64,000 nucleotides of DNA from Octopus sinensis (GCF_006345805.1 NC_042998.1:43276001-43340000); one strand, 5' to 3'. Counted from the stretch's first letter, positions 25,989 to 39,626 are shown. Made by a program: numbers and translations. The notes: generated by a model not told the origin, from the letters alone.

Positions 25989-26066
25989 AAGTGGTACAGT
26001 ATAGCTAAGTGGTACAGTATAGCTAAGTGGTACAGTATAGCTAAGTGGTACAGTATAGCTAAGTGG
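25989..26066. repeat. Perfect 18-bp minisatellite (GTGGTACAGTATAGCTAA) x4
   Basis: Four identical adjacent units with no spacers. Confidence 0.95.
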
Positions 26067-26339
26067 ATTCGAAACTGAAACCACATATTTATTATCAAAC
26101 ACATTTCCGGTCATCGTTTTCTCCTCTCTGCATTTGGATATTAATGATTAAATTGACCTCTTCATTTTTCTCTGGTCACGGGAGGGTCAAGATAAATAAT
26201 TGTAGAGAAATTCTATTATTCTCGGTTGACCTACTTTAATTGTCAAAGATCAATTTACGGCCAAATGTTAAGTCCACTTCTCTGATAATGTGACGTCAAA
26301 CCAGGAGAATAACCTGTCACACACGAGTTGAATTAGCTC

Positions 26340-26377
26340 CCCCTCTGTGTTGACCTCTTGTGGATTATAAAGAAAAA
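26340..26377 (+). mobile_element. Extremely 5'-truncated SINE M tail with 15-bp target-site duplication
   Basis: ccctctgtgttgacctcttgtggattataaagaaaaa resembles the SINE M 3' end; flanked by gagttgaattagctc at 26325-26339 and 26378-26392. Confidence 0.7.
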
Positions 26378-27556
26378 GAGTTGAATTAGCTCTCAATTTA
26401 GGTCATTCAGCCCTCGCCGAAGAGCAGGTGTGTGAACGTAAACTTATCAGTCTATTTATAAAGGCATTATTACACTTTCCTTCTTTTTTGCAGCACAGAG
26501 ATGAAACTAGCTCCGGTACAGACTGAACCATTTGATCTTTTGCAAACAACTTGCAGATGCAAGTGTCAGCAGTTGAAAGCTCCGCATAATGGATGCTAGC
26601 AAGCTTATGGGGTCAGCAGGAGAGGATGCGCATCAGTGCACATCGGCCTCGCCTCACTTAAATGAGACTTCGCTTGTTAGATCAATTGGTTACTAGATTT
26701 CGCTCAATATTCCTCATAGAATACTTTTTACTGCATTAACAATAATGTGTACACAAGCAGCTCGCTACACATGCTAATCTGATATATCGTGACGACATTA
26801 TAATTCATATCAAGTAAATGGCCATCGTAATAGTCAATTAATTGTAATTCACTCATTCATTTCTCCGATGCGTCTCTGTGTGTGTATGTGTGCGCGCGCG
26901 CATACATTGACACATACCTGGCACTGCTTTACATAGATCGAGTTTATTTTATCGAGATGACATTTCATAGAATAATTTGAAATATAGAATAGATTTGGAA
27001 GCGAAACAAAACCTGTAGTCTTTTTTTCATTTATTTAAGCAGTTAAAAAAAAGAACAAGTAACAAATTTAAAAGATTTCTTTCATACGTTGTATGGCGGT
27101 ATAGAACGAAGATAATTAATGCTTATATCAGTGACTAACTGCATGATACCTGTTAACAATGTTCTTTACTGGTTCGTTAACAGCACCGTAATGTCTTTCT
27201 TCTCGATGGACCATCGTTACCACCTGCCATTTGTTCGATAAAATAAAACTTACTTTACTTACGCTTAATTTTATAGATAAGTCTTCGTAGTAGCCCTGGT
27301 AACATGTTTGCCTGGATCGCTGTGTCAACATTCAAATCAAAAAGGTGGACGGTGGAAAAAAAATCTTCTAGAAAATATATACATTTGTAAAATTGCTCTA
27401 GGGTAGTTTCATTAGAAAGGTCATTTGATGAAAAGACACTTCAATACAAAGTTAATTCGATGAAAAGTTATTCGATAAATTTATGCATACGCATGCGTGT
27501 GCGTGTACACACACACGCGCGCACACACAGACACAGACACAGACACAGACACACAA

Positions 27557-27625
<69 letters not shown>

Positions 27626-27649
27626 CACACACATAGTTGAAATTTATTG

Positions 27650-28920
27650 AAAAACAAAACACGAAGGCAGGTGTATGAACAAAGAAGTGTATTAGTTTGA
27701 CGCTTAGGAGAAATGAAAAAGTCTTTTACGTTTCGAGCCTACGTTCTTCAACAGAAAATAAACAGAGAAAAAAAAAACTTGTAGATTTCAGCGGCCAATA
27801 GGTTGTGCGAATATTAGCGCGCACATACGCGTGTGCATGTGCAAATACACCCACGCGTACACATACGCTCACACCCTATCACACACCACACTCACACCCT
27901 ACCATACACCACACACCCGCGCGCATACACATGGATACACATATACACACACACGCACTCCCACACACGCAACACACACAACGAAAACACACATGCACAC
28001 ATATACACTCACGTACATACGCATTCACACACATTTACGCATACATAGACACACACATACCCACACGTAAATACGTCCACCCCCCCACATATATATATAT
28101 ATATATAGAAAGAGAGACAGACAGATGACGGTGACACACAGAAAGATACACACACGCACCGATATGCATAAGCACACACACTCACATTCCCACTCCACCT
28201 ACGCACACATGCCAACACACACATACACACACACACACAGACACACCCACCCATTCACACACCTTTCAAGACTGCCGCCGTCCTCTTAACGCCCCCTCTT
28301 TTTCTCAACCTCATGGTTAATAAAGAAATTGACTGACTATTAACTACTCCGTCTACGCACGCAGCCACACCCACCCATTTCACACACCTTTCACCACAGC
28401 TGCTGACTTGTGATTGACCTCTCACAGCGGCATACTAACACACAGCAACAATTCTAACACACACGCACACAAATCCTATCGCGCGCCCACACACACAGAC
28501 GACCCACACAAACACACACACACCGGGTTACTACCACACACACGCGCGCTGCCACACACATACACACACACCCTGAGTTACTACTACACACACACACACA
28601 TACGCTACTACACACACGCACGCATACAGTTACTACCACCCCCCCACACACAAAATGGCCATCTTTACACTCTCCTGTCCCAAAAACTACTTTCTCATTC
28701 TCCTTCCACTTCCGGTCACTTCAGAACTGTAACCGCACATGGATTGTTTTTCTTTATTTCTCTTTGGATGTTTCTCTTTTCCAACGAAGAGCTATGCTCG
28801 AAACGTTAACAACTCTCTCCTTTCACCGAATGTCAATTTGATATATCGCTTTTGCGCGTCCTCACGCTGGTATTTTTGTTTTTTATGTTTTTTTTAATTG
28901 TTTGTTCTTGGATTTGACTA
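27650..28920. mobile_element. Two adjacent CA-rich PLE-type terminal-repeat relics in opposite orientation, each with a hammerhead-like motif (27721-27757 minus, 28776-28812 plus)
   Basis: Similarity to 21300-21760 and 24500-25140; motifs read directly. Confidence 0.55.
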
Positions 28921-28991
28921 TATATATATATATATACATGTATTATGTATGTATGTATGTATGTATGTATGTATGTATGTATGTATGTATG

Positions 28992-29022
<31 letters not shown>

Positions 29023-29692
29023 GTATATATATATATATACATACATACTTACATACATACACACATACATACATGTTTAAATGCATATATATGAAGTAGT
29101 GTTAATAACAAAATGTAATATTTATCCCTACATAAATGTGGTTGTTCTGTTAGACCACAGAATACTGCGCCCACCATTGACAAGGTCAGGAAAGGCCGAA
29201 ATCCCGTGATCTGGTGTTCTCGGTGCTGGCGGTGGCCGTTAATTTATTTCCACACTAGCTATATAAACAAGAGTGCGTTTACGCGCAGAAAGTCAATGAG
29301 GACGTCTCTCACTAAATATATACACAGCTTTGGTACTGATTTATTTATGGTGCATATTCATCAAAAATAAAAATGTAGAAAGTCAACTGATTATTTTGAG
29401 GTGGTGTGTGGCGCCCTAAATTTATTCAGTTTCTGCCTAAGAGTTTTTCAGAAAAGACGAAGTTTTTAATAAAACTTGTACTATTGGGAAAACAATGGCC
29501 AAATTTACTGAATTAGTACATGCGGGCTATTGATCTTCAGCTCGGTTTTAATTGTTCTAACCACTCCTACTTCTTCTGCTTTTATAAATTAAATAGTCAC
29601 GCATATAATTATTTCTGAATTTCGCTAAATCACTTAATTTTGTGTGAATATTTGATGCAGATTTTCCGACATGTACTAAATTTATATAAAGC

Positions 29693-29854
29693 TCAGGAGT
29701 GGCTGTGTGGTAAGTAGCTTGCTTACGAACCACATGGTTCCGGGTTCAGTCCCTTTGCGTGGCATCTTTGGCAAGTGTCTTCTACTATAGCCTCAGGCCA
29801 ACCAAAGCCTTGAGAGTGGATTTGGTAGACGGAAACTGAAAGAAGCCCGTCGTA

Positions 29855-29929
<75 letters not shown>

Positions 29930-30318
29930 ATATGTTTGTGTGTCTGTGTGTCCCCCCCATACAAACATCACTTGACAACCATTGCTGGTGTGTTTACGTC
30001 CACGTAACATAGCGGTTCGGCAAAAGGAGACCGATAGAATAAGTACTTGGCTTACAAAGAATAAGTCTTGGGGTCGATTTGCTCGAATGAAGGCGGTGCT
30101 CCAGCATGGCCGCAGTCAAATGACTGAAACAAGTAAAAGAGTAAAATAGTAAAACAAACAAACAAACATAAACGGACAAAAAGAGACCTGTGGTAACATG
30201 TTTGTTTCCCAACCCCTTGATTCTGGGTTCGGTTCCACAGCGTGGCACTGGGCTTCTTTTGTAGCCTCAGACCGGTCAAAGCCCTTTTGGTGGAATTGGT
30301 AGACGGAAACTGAAAGAA

Positions 30319-30362
<44 letters not shown>

Positions 30363-30625
30363 TATATATATGCGCGTATGTATGTGTGTGTGTGTGTGTG
30401 TGTGCGTGTGTGTGTGTAGGTGTCTTGGTGTTTGTGTTTGTTCCTTACGACCTCTTGACAACTTGTGTTGCTTTGTTTAGGTCCACGTAACCTAGCAGTT
30501 CGACAAAAGTGACATAGAATAAGTGGCAGGCTTATAAAAAATTGGGGTCGATTTGTTTGATTAAGCCCTGTAAGGCGGTGCTCCCGCATGGCAGTAGTTC
30601 AGTGACTGAACCAAGTAAACGATAT
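29693..30625 (+). mobile_element. Two tandem copies of SINE family A (second more diverged)
   Basis: 29693-30150 is close to 1498-1905; 30185-30625 retains ggtagacggaaactgaaagaa and ggggtcgatttg. Confidence 0.85.
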
Positions 30626-30693
30626 GTGATAAAGATAAATAACAACCCTACCAAACTAACAAATGGCTACGAATCAATATGCGAAAATGTTTA

Positions 30694-31198
30694 CCGTAAA
30701 TCCTCGAGTATAATCCGCATTTTTTCCCCAAAAATTTAAAGGTCAAAATCCCTAGTGCGTACTATATACGAAGTTTAAAATGAAAATTATTTTCTAAGCA
30801 ATGTCCGAATCTCTATTTGCTGTCCGGCAATGTTTATTCAGACACATTTTGTGATGTCGGGCGCGAAAATACCTTAAGCTAAGCCTGAAAGTAATGAAGT
30901 CATAAAAGAATCATCCGTAACTTGCAGTAAGCAACATTTATTAAACATTACTGTTATTATTGTTATTCTTTATTTTCTGCAAACAAAATGCACAAAAAAG
31001 CTACACGTTTGCATTAATAATAATAAAGGACGTTACCGTATACATTTTTACAAACCAAGGACGTTATATAGACCTCCTTGACTCAAGTTAGAGAAGGGTT
31101 GCGTATTATACACAAGGTTTAGGTTTTTCGGAGGTACATCCCCCTAAAAATCCCCTGCGTATTATACTCAAGGGCGGACTATACTCGAGGATTTACGG
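30694..31198. mobile_element. 505-bp Tc1/mariner-superfamily MITE
   Basis: 25-bp terminal inverted repeats CCGTAAATCCTCGAGTATA(A/G)TCCGC, TA on both flanks, no ORF. Confidence 0.9.
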
Positions 31199-31489
31199 TA
31201 GCTTCTTTGCTTTAAAACACACTTCATTGTAAAGCGCTAATTCGAAAAATTTCAACAGTCAGAACATAAACCACTGTGAACAAATGATATGAATTGAAGC
31301 TGCCAATGCCGAAAGTCAATAAGAGTTAAAGTTGACAGATTTCAGCAGGCTTGTGAGCTTGTTAATTAAATCGTTTGAAACAATGAATTAGTTTGGTGAT
31401 GATTTAGTTGGTTAGCAATAACATGAGACACAGTAGCGAACTAATAATATTTTTTTAAAATTGATATTATATTTTAGAGTTTTTTTATT

Positions 31490-31785
31490 TTTATTTATGC
31501 GCCCTTTTCAAGCCTAGCCAGACTCATGGGCCCGGTTTCCCGGTTTCTGTGGCGTATGTGTTCCCCCCAGCTGGACGGGACGCCAGTCCATCGCAGCGTT
31601 ACTCAAGAAACAGGAAGAAAAAGTGAGAGAAAGTTGGGGCGAAAGAGTACAACGGGGGTCGCCACCACCCTCTGCCGGAGCCTCGTGGAGCTTTAGGTGT
31701 TTTCGCTCAATAAACACACACAACGCCCGGTCTGGGAATCGAAAACGCGAGTCCGCTGCCCTGACCACTGGGTCATTGCGCCTCC
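31490..31785 (-). mobile_element. tRNA-derived SINE family V (V-domain-like gcgatggactggcgtcccgtccag)
   Basis: Reverse complement of 41251-41563. A partial copy lies at 32339-32533 and a related copy at 61395-61625. Confidence 0.85.
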
Positions 31786-32101
31786 ATATTTTAGAGTCAT
31801 GTAGTTTAAATGGAGTATTTTGAGATCTTTTCTCTTATACTTGTTTCAGTCATTGGACTGCAACCATGCTGGGGGTACCAACTTGATGAGTTTTAGTCGA
31901 AGAGGTCAATCCCAGGATTTAATCTTTAAGTCAAGTACTTATTCTATCGGTTGTCTCTTGCTGGGCCATTAAGTTACAGGGACATAAATCAAAACCGGTC
32001 GTTAAGCAGGTGGTGTTGGGGGCAATGACAGATGCACACTAACACACACACACACATGAGTGTGTGTGTGTGTGTGTATATACATACACACACACACACA
32101 A

Positions 32102-32162
<61 letters not shown>

Positions 32163-32163
<1 letters not shown>

Positions 32164-32297
32164 CTTTCTGTTGAAGAGCGTAGGCTCGAAACGTTAAAGA
32201 CTTGTTTTATTTATATTTCCTGAGCGCCATACTAATACAATTGTTCGTTTGTTTTCCACCTGCCTTCGTCTTTTGTCTATTTTCATAAAGCTTCCCG

Positions 32298-32300
<3 letters not shown>
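32163..32300 (+). mobile_element. Short PLE-type terminal-repeat cassette with hammerhead-like motif (32163-32200) embedded in (TA)n
   Basis: TCTTT-CTGTTGA-A-GAGC-gtag-GCTC-GAAAC-GTT|AAAGA; (TA)n on both sides. Confidence 0.7.
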
Positions 32301-32334
<34 letters not shown>

Positions 32335-32534
32335 TATCACTTGACCGACCAGACCAGAAGTGGGAGAAAGAGTGGTGAAAGAGTACAGCAGGAATCACCA
32401 CCCCTTGCCGGAGCCTCGTGAAGCTTTTAAGTGTTTTCGCTCAATAAACACACACAACGCCCGGTCTGGGAATCGAAACCGCGATCCTCCGACCGCGAGT
32501 CCGCTGCCCTAACCACTGGGCCATTGCGCCTCCA

Positions 32535-32584
<50 letters not shown>

Positions 32585-33122
32585 TATATATATATATATG
32601 CATATATATTTATATATACACACACATATATGCATACATTCACACACACACACACACATATGCGACGGTCTTCCACATTGTTTCCGTTTACTAAATTTCT
32701 CCGCAAAACATTGGTCTACTGAATCGGAATGCAAGTGGTCACAAAGTGAGCTTCTTAAGAGACAAAATTGTTTAATAAAGACATTATGACGCAGCTTGGA
32801 AATAAAAGGGTAAAAATAGAAGTATAACAAAAACTTTAGTCTACACGTTTACTTTATTTTTCAATCTTTCAGTGGTTAAAAGGTTTTTGATTGAGAGAAA
32901 TTATTTTGAATAAAGGTGTTTTCAAATCTCATTTAATCTCTTTGAATTTCAGTTTTGAGAGTAAGTCATTTGAGGCTAAGTTGATCGCCGATGACTTGGT
33001 TTGGCTATGAGTTCGGTTGGCACTGAATTGGAGGCGATTAAATGGAGACGATGGATTCATAAAAAAAAGGAAGGAAAAAACGATAAATTGACGTTTTCAC
33101 CGTTTGTTTGCTTATCAGGAAA

Positions 33123-33516
33123 TCTTTATATATAAAAGTGAAGTTGTGTGTGTCTCCTACGATTTAGATTCCTAACTACTCCCACATTTTGCGGTGGAGT
33201 GTAACCAAAAGCGGGTATCTTATAGTCGTGATTCATATCAAACCCTTCTGGGTATTAGCGCGCGTCTACGATGAGTCTACGATTTAAAAAAAAAATTACC
33301 ATCATTTTTTCCTATTTTTAATGCATTTTTTTTGCTATTATATAAGGGAAGTAACTCTCTAAAAATGTATTATTAAATCTCAGAACGTAAAAAGCTACAG
33401 TAACACCCCCCTTTGTGGTTAGCCATATTGAGATGGCTATTATACTTTACATCTCTAAAAATGCTTATATAGTTATTTCCCTTACAAACCCGAGCAACGC
33501 CGGGCGATACTGCTAG
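33123..33516 (+). mobile_element. Non-autonomous Helitron, family H2 (same 3' end as H1, different body)
   Basis: A|TC-tttatatataaaagtgaagttg...aaacccgagcaacgccgggcgatactgCTAG|T. Confidence 0.8.
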
Positions 33517-33661
33517 TATAGTATACGAAGTAGTACAAACGTATTAAATTGGTTCCCAGCGGTGGAAGAACGAAAAGTGAGACAAGGAAAACTACTCGTA
33601 AGATAGATCTGATGCTCTTCTCCGGAACTTAATTCGAGTTTGCTCCATCGTTCTAGATAAT

Positions 33662-34095
33662 ATTGGTGTCAAGTTTTGGTACAAGGCCAGCAATTTTGGG
33701 AGGAGGGATAAGTCGATTACATCGACTCGACCCTAGTATTCAACTGATATTTATTTTATCGATCCCGAAAAGATGAAAGGTAAAGTCAATCTCGGCGGAA
33801 TTTGAACTTACCAGGTAAAGTGGCATGAAATGTTGCTTAGCATTTTGTCCGGCGTGTGCTAATGATTTATTATTTATTATTTATTATTTCTTTCTATCTA
33901 TTTCTTTACTACCCACAAGGGGCGACAAACAAGGACAGACAAACGGATTAAGTCGATTACATCGACCCAGTGCGTAACTGGTACTTAATTTATCGACCCC
34001 GAAAGGATGAAAGGCAAACTCAGAACGTTTCGGCAGCCGGAATACTGCTAAGCATTCCGGCCGGCGTGTTAACGATTCTGCCAGCTCGCCGCCTT
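33662..34095 (-). mobile_element. Two SINE M copies
   Basis: Reverse-complement Meta-like domain (tttatcgaccccgaaaggatgaaaggc). The 33895-34095 copy has a near-duplicated flank tttattatttctttcta. Confidence 0.8.
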
Positions 34096-34564
34096 TAAAT
34101 TTATTATTTCTTTCTACCATTTATTGAATAAAGGTTTTTTAAATTCTTTTTTCAGAAACGATCATGCACCTTAAGACGTTTTATTGTACGCAAGTCAATT
34201 TAATTGGTCGTAATATGTTTTCTTCTGCATATATAACCGACACTAATTAAAAAATTCGATAGTGATATCCCGTACCTGTAAGAGAACAGCAGGTTAGCAT
34301 AATAAAAAAGAACTCAAATTCAAAGAAACGTGTTTACGAAGTGATTGATTAAGTGTGTCCTAGCAAATGTATAAGAACAGGTTTTCGCTTTGTTGGTGTT
34401 TTAATGACACAAAACTCAATTTGTCGTAACGTATGCAATTACAGAAGATATGCAATTACTGAAGCCAGTAAAAATAAATCAGTGATGCAACTATCAGTAA
34501 ACATTTTAATATATGTATTAGTAGACCATCCATTCTTCTATCTATCTATCTATCTATCTATCTG

Positions 34565-34659
<95 letters not shown>

Positions 34660-34698
34660 GTCTGTCTACGCACGTGTATCTGTGTGTGTGTGTGTGTG

Positions 34699-34737
<39 letters not shown>

Positions 34738-34819
34738 GCATGTGTTTCAGGCATGTAGATAGATGAATATATACGCACTAAAATAGTCATAGACACACAC
34801 ACGCACGCACGCACGCAGA

Positions 34820-34871
<52 letters not shown>

Positions 34872-34945
34872 CATATATATATACATATATATACATATAC
34901 ATATATACATGCATACATACATACATACATATATATATATATATT

Positions 34946-35009
<64 letters not shown>

Positions 35010-35380
35010 CACGTTCACATACACAGGTGCTTGTAAATGCATTCATATACACGCACACATACATACATGAGCATAGCTGACGTAACAAATTTTATGAAGG
35101 CTTGTAAGATATTGCAGTTCCAATCACTCAGTTAACAGCTGTCACATTGTTAACAGGAAAATTACTTATATGTAGGAAGAAAGCTAAATAATATTGTATT
35201 TTCAGGCCGCGACAAAGTCAAGAAGAGCGAAAACCTATTCTGGAACAATCTACAGGCAAGTTAGTATTATTTCCCCGTGAAGAAGTGAAAAATTCAATAG
35301 TGTTTAGGTGAGTAATTTCTGTTCATCATTCATTTTAAAAATAAGGAATAATTTGCTTCGTAATATGTATCATTAGGGAA

Positions 35381-36430
35381 CGGGGAGATGGTAGAATCGT
35401 TAGCATGCCGGGTGAAATGCTAAGCGGTATTTCGTCTGCCGTTACATTCTGAGTTCAAATTCTGCCGAGATTGACTTTGACTTTCATCCTTTCGGGGTCG
35501 ATAAATTAAGTACCAGTTACGCACCGGGGTCGATGTAATCGACTTAATACCTATGTCTGTCCTTGTTTGTCCTCTCTGTGTTTAGCCCCTTGTGGGTAGT
35601 AAAGAAATAGAAATAGGTATATAGTCCATATTTACGTTTTAAGTTCAATTTCCGACGAGGTCGACTTTGATTTTCATCCTTTCGGGGTCGATAGAATAAG
35701 TACCAGTTGAGCACTGGGGTCGATGTAATCGACTTACCCTGTCTCCCTAAATTGCTGGCCTTGTGCCAAAATTTGAAACCAACATACATTAATCCTTCAC
35801 CATATCGCGGTTTATCATTTAAGCTTACGTTGATTCCTCCATTTGCATTTACAATACAATACATTCCTTTGCACTTACAATAAAATAAATATATACAAAT
35901 AATAATAAAACAAAATATACAGTACTGTTTCTGCTTCGCGGATTTTCACCTTTCGGGGTCGATAGAATAAGTACCAGTTGAGCACTGGGGTCGATGTAAT
36001 CGACTTAATACCTATGTCTGTCCTTGTTTGTCCTCTCTGTGTTTAGCCCCTTGTGGGTTGTAAAGAAATAGAAGTGCGTATTTCGTCCGGCTTTACGTTC
36101 TGAGTTCTAATTCCTGCAAGGTCGACTTTGCCTTTCATCCTTTCGGGGTCGATAAAATAACTATCAGTTACGCACTGGGGTCGATATAATCGACTTAATC
36201 CGTTTGTCTGTCCTTGTTTGTCCCCTCTGTCTTTAGCCCCTTGTGGGTTGTAAAGAAATAGAAGTGCGTATTTCGTCCGGTTTTACATTCCGAGTTCAAA
36301 TTCCGCCAAGGTCGATTTTGCCTTTCATCCTTTCGGGGTCGATAAAATAACTACCAGTTGCACATTGGGGTCGATGTAATCGACTTACTCCGGTGCCCGA
36401 AACTGCTGGCCTTGTGCCAAAATTGGAAAC
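35381..36430 (+). mobile_element. Head-to-tail array of about five SINE M copies
   Basis: Repeated ctttcggggtcgata...ggggtcgatgtaatcgactta...ccccttgtggg..gtaaagaaata units of about 190 bp. Confidence 0.85.
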
Positions 36431-36924
36431 AAATATGTATGATTAGTATTGTAATAGACATGAAAGTGTGCTCGATGAATCGTTACTGCATCGGACAATA
36501 TTCTTAGCGACATTTCTTTCGGTGCTCTACGTTTACGTGCAAGGGCAAAATTTACGTGCAAGGGCAAAATGTAAATCGACTAATTTCCTCCCGCAAAATT
36601 TCGGGCGTTGTGCCACTAATAAAAATAATTACTGTTATAAATATGACAGCGAGTTGGCAGGAGCGTAAGCGCATGTGGCATTATATTTTGTAGTATTTCT
36701 TGCGGCTCTTTATGTTCTGTGTTCAAAAACTGTCTTTAATCATTTCGGGGGCTGATAAAATATGTATCAATTATGCAATGATTTGGCCTATGCAGTTATA
36801 CGTTTTATAATGTCTTTCATTTCTTAGTCGTTAGACTTCAACAATGGTGGGGAATCACTTTGATAGATATAGTTGAAAAAATTGATTCATAAGACTTATT
36901 TTTCAAAGCTGGTGCTTTTTTTAT

Positions 36925-37570
36925 CTTAATTTTTGCCGAATAGCTAAGTTACAGTGATGTAAATAAATCAATACCCGTTATCAAACATTAGGGTGGGGGA
37001 TACAAACACAAGGACATCCCCACAGCCATACACACCCACACCCACAGACAGACAGACACACACACACACACATAACGAGCTCCGTATAACCTCTGTTCAC
37101 CAAATTCACTCTCAAGACATTGCTTGGCCTGGGGTTATTGCAGAAGATACTTGCCCCAAGTATAGCATGCTGGGACTGAACCCGGCACTACGTGACCGAA
37201 AAGTATGCCTTCGCCTGTGATAAATTTTGATTTTACTCTAGTTTTAGTGCCGGGCTTAGCGGCATTTCGTTCATGTTTACGTGCTGAGTTCAAATGCAAC
37301 GGCGGTCGATTTTGCCTTCATCCTTTCAGGATCGATGAAATAAGTACCAATTAAATACTGGAGCAGATGTAATCGACTTACCCGCTCCCTCGAAGTTGCT
37401 GGTCTTGTGCCAAAATTTGAACGCAATATTATTTTAGTTTTATCAAATTCGGCCGAGAACGGCTTTGCCTTTCACCCCCTTCGGGGTCAATAAAATGAGT
37501 AGCAATTGATTACTGGGATCGAAATAATCAACTTGGTTCCACCCCCGAAATTGCTGGTTTGTGCCAAAAT
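36925..37570. mobile_element. Diverged SINE A (minus, ~36925-37200) and SINE M fragments (plus, ~37250-37570)
   Basis: Recognisable family motifs with many substitutions. Confidence 0.65.
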
Positions 37571-38131
37571 TAGAAACAGATGTTACTTTAGTTTTAATTT
37601 TACTATCTATTTGTTTTTACTAGATGTACAACAGCAATGTCTCTCTTTAGAATCCGTAGAGCACGGAAAATATACTAATAATTTTGGGTCCTTAACTTCT
37701 GATTTTACATTCTGCTGAGGGTAATTATCATCGTTATGGGATCGGTAAGATAAGAACTCAGTGCAAATCGTAAAGATAAAACCCGCATAAACATAATTTG
37801 AAATCACGAAAGGTGAAATTTTGTGTCGAATAAAATGAAAGAGAGTTGCACCCTCAGTGATCTTCACAGGTGGAGTTGTTGCGACAAAAGATCATGAAGG
37901 AATAGTGAAGAAGATTAAGTTACTTCGGGTTTTCTCAAAAACAAATAAACAAGCACATAAATAAATATATAAAGTAGTTCATTGACACTATTTTAAGTAC
38001 AGAGAAACTTGTGCCGTGAATGACAGCAAATGCAGCCGCAGTAGCAGATACGGCTGCTAAAATATCATCTATCTACCTACCTACCTACCTATCTATCTAT
38101 ATCTATCTATCTATATCTATCTATCTATCTA

Positions 38132-38182
<51 letters not shown>

Positions 38183-38229
38183 AAAACAACAGTAGTATAT
38201 ATATAGCAATAGTAGTGTGTGTATATATA

Positions 38230-38730
38230 TCCCCCTCCTTCACCGTTTTCTCTCTCTCTCTCTCCTCTTTCTCTTTTTCTCTCTCACTCTCGTTGCTCAC
38301 ACGTGACCATCGTCCATCTTTCTTTTCCTGCACGGACGTTCAAAATAACGGAGGTATTTTTTCTCATTCTTTCTATCTTTTCTCTTTCCAAAAAAATGTT
38401 TCTCACAGCGTTTACTCTTTCCCTCTGGTTCTGATCTAACGACACTCCATGTTTGTTTTCGTTCGGTTTCCTTGTTTGTCTCCACTGTCATGTTTTGACC
38501 ATCCATAAATCTTAAATTTTATTTTAGAATTTATGAGAGCAACTGTCTTTGAAAACTCATATTATAGTTGAATTCTCGAAATAAGGATTAGATAGACAAC
38601 TGATGAAGGGTCATTTCTCTGTGTTTACTTGTCCTACTTTCCATTTTCTCTTGTTGTTTACGTATTTAACACGTATGTTTACGTATTTCATGTTATTTGC
38701 ACCGTTGGTGATGTCCTGTACCCACATATG

Positions 38731-38778
<48 letters not shown>

Positions 38779-38794
38779 GCATATATATATATAT

Positions 38795-38853
<59 letters not shown>

Positions 38854-38874
38854 TACATATATATATATATATAC

Positions 38875-38905
<31 letters not shown>

Positions 38906-39555
38906 CATATATATTATATATATTATTTATTATTTAATTGAACTCGATGCATCCATTTCCAGGCAAGTTTATCTTCACCTTTTTGAAGCGACTCTCCACT
39001 CTATACTGTTTTCTTCCTCCATCCTCTAATTCCATTTTCACCCCTCCTACCTTCACCGTTTACGATGTCTGTCTCTCTCCCCTTTTCTCTTTTTCTCTCT
39101 CTCTCTCGTTGCTCACATGTGACTATCGTCCATCTTTCTTTTCCTCACGTGAACATCTTTCTTTTCCTGTACGTACGTTCAAAAGAATTGACGTGTTTTT
39201 TACTCTTTCTCTTCTATCTTTTCTCTTTTAAAAAAAAATGTTTCTCACAGCGTTCACTATTTCCCTCTCATTCTGGTCTAACGAACTTCCATGTTTGTTT
39301 TCGTTCGGTTTCCTTGTATGTCTCCACTGTCATGTTTTTTGTTTCCATAAATCCTGTCTTTGAAAACTTATATTGTCGTTGAGAATTCGCGAAATGAGGG
39401 GTAAACAGACAGCCGACAACTGATGAAGGGTCATTTCTCTGTGTTTACTTGTCCTGTTCTCCATTTTTATCTCGCTGATTACGTATGTAACACGTTTGTT
39501 TACATATTTCATGTTATTTGCACCATTGGTGATGTTCTGTACCCATATATGCATG
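38230..39555 (+). repeat. Direct duplication of a ~500-bp PLE-type unit (38230-38733 and 39045-39555) separated by (TA)n
   Basis: Shared ccttcaccgttt...cgttgctcaca.gtgac...caaCTGATGAAGGGtcatttctctgtgtttacttgtcct...ctgtaccca.atatgcat. Confidence 0.8.
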
Positions 39556-39592
39556 TAACCCCCCCCCACATATATATATATATATATAATAT

Positions 39593-39626
<34 letters not shown>

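Noticed and set aside
25989-26066. Regular 18-bp repeats as a possible CRISPR array
   Set aside because: The units are contiguous with no spacers, the context is eukaryotic, and there are no cas genes.
26470-26700. GC-richer stretch after a strong acceptor (ctttccttcttttttgcag)
   Set aside because: All three frames stop within about 35 codons and there is no clear donor; could be a UTR exon but unsupported.
27128-27331. Minus-strand ORF with splice-like sites
   Set aside because: The implied intron is only about 39 nt, the frames do not join, and no homology is recognised.
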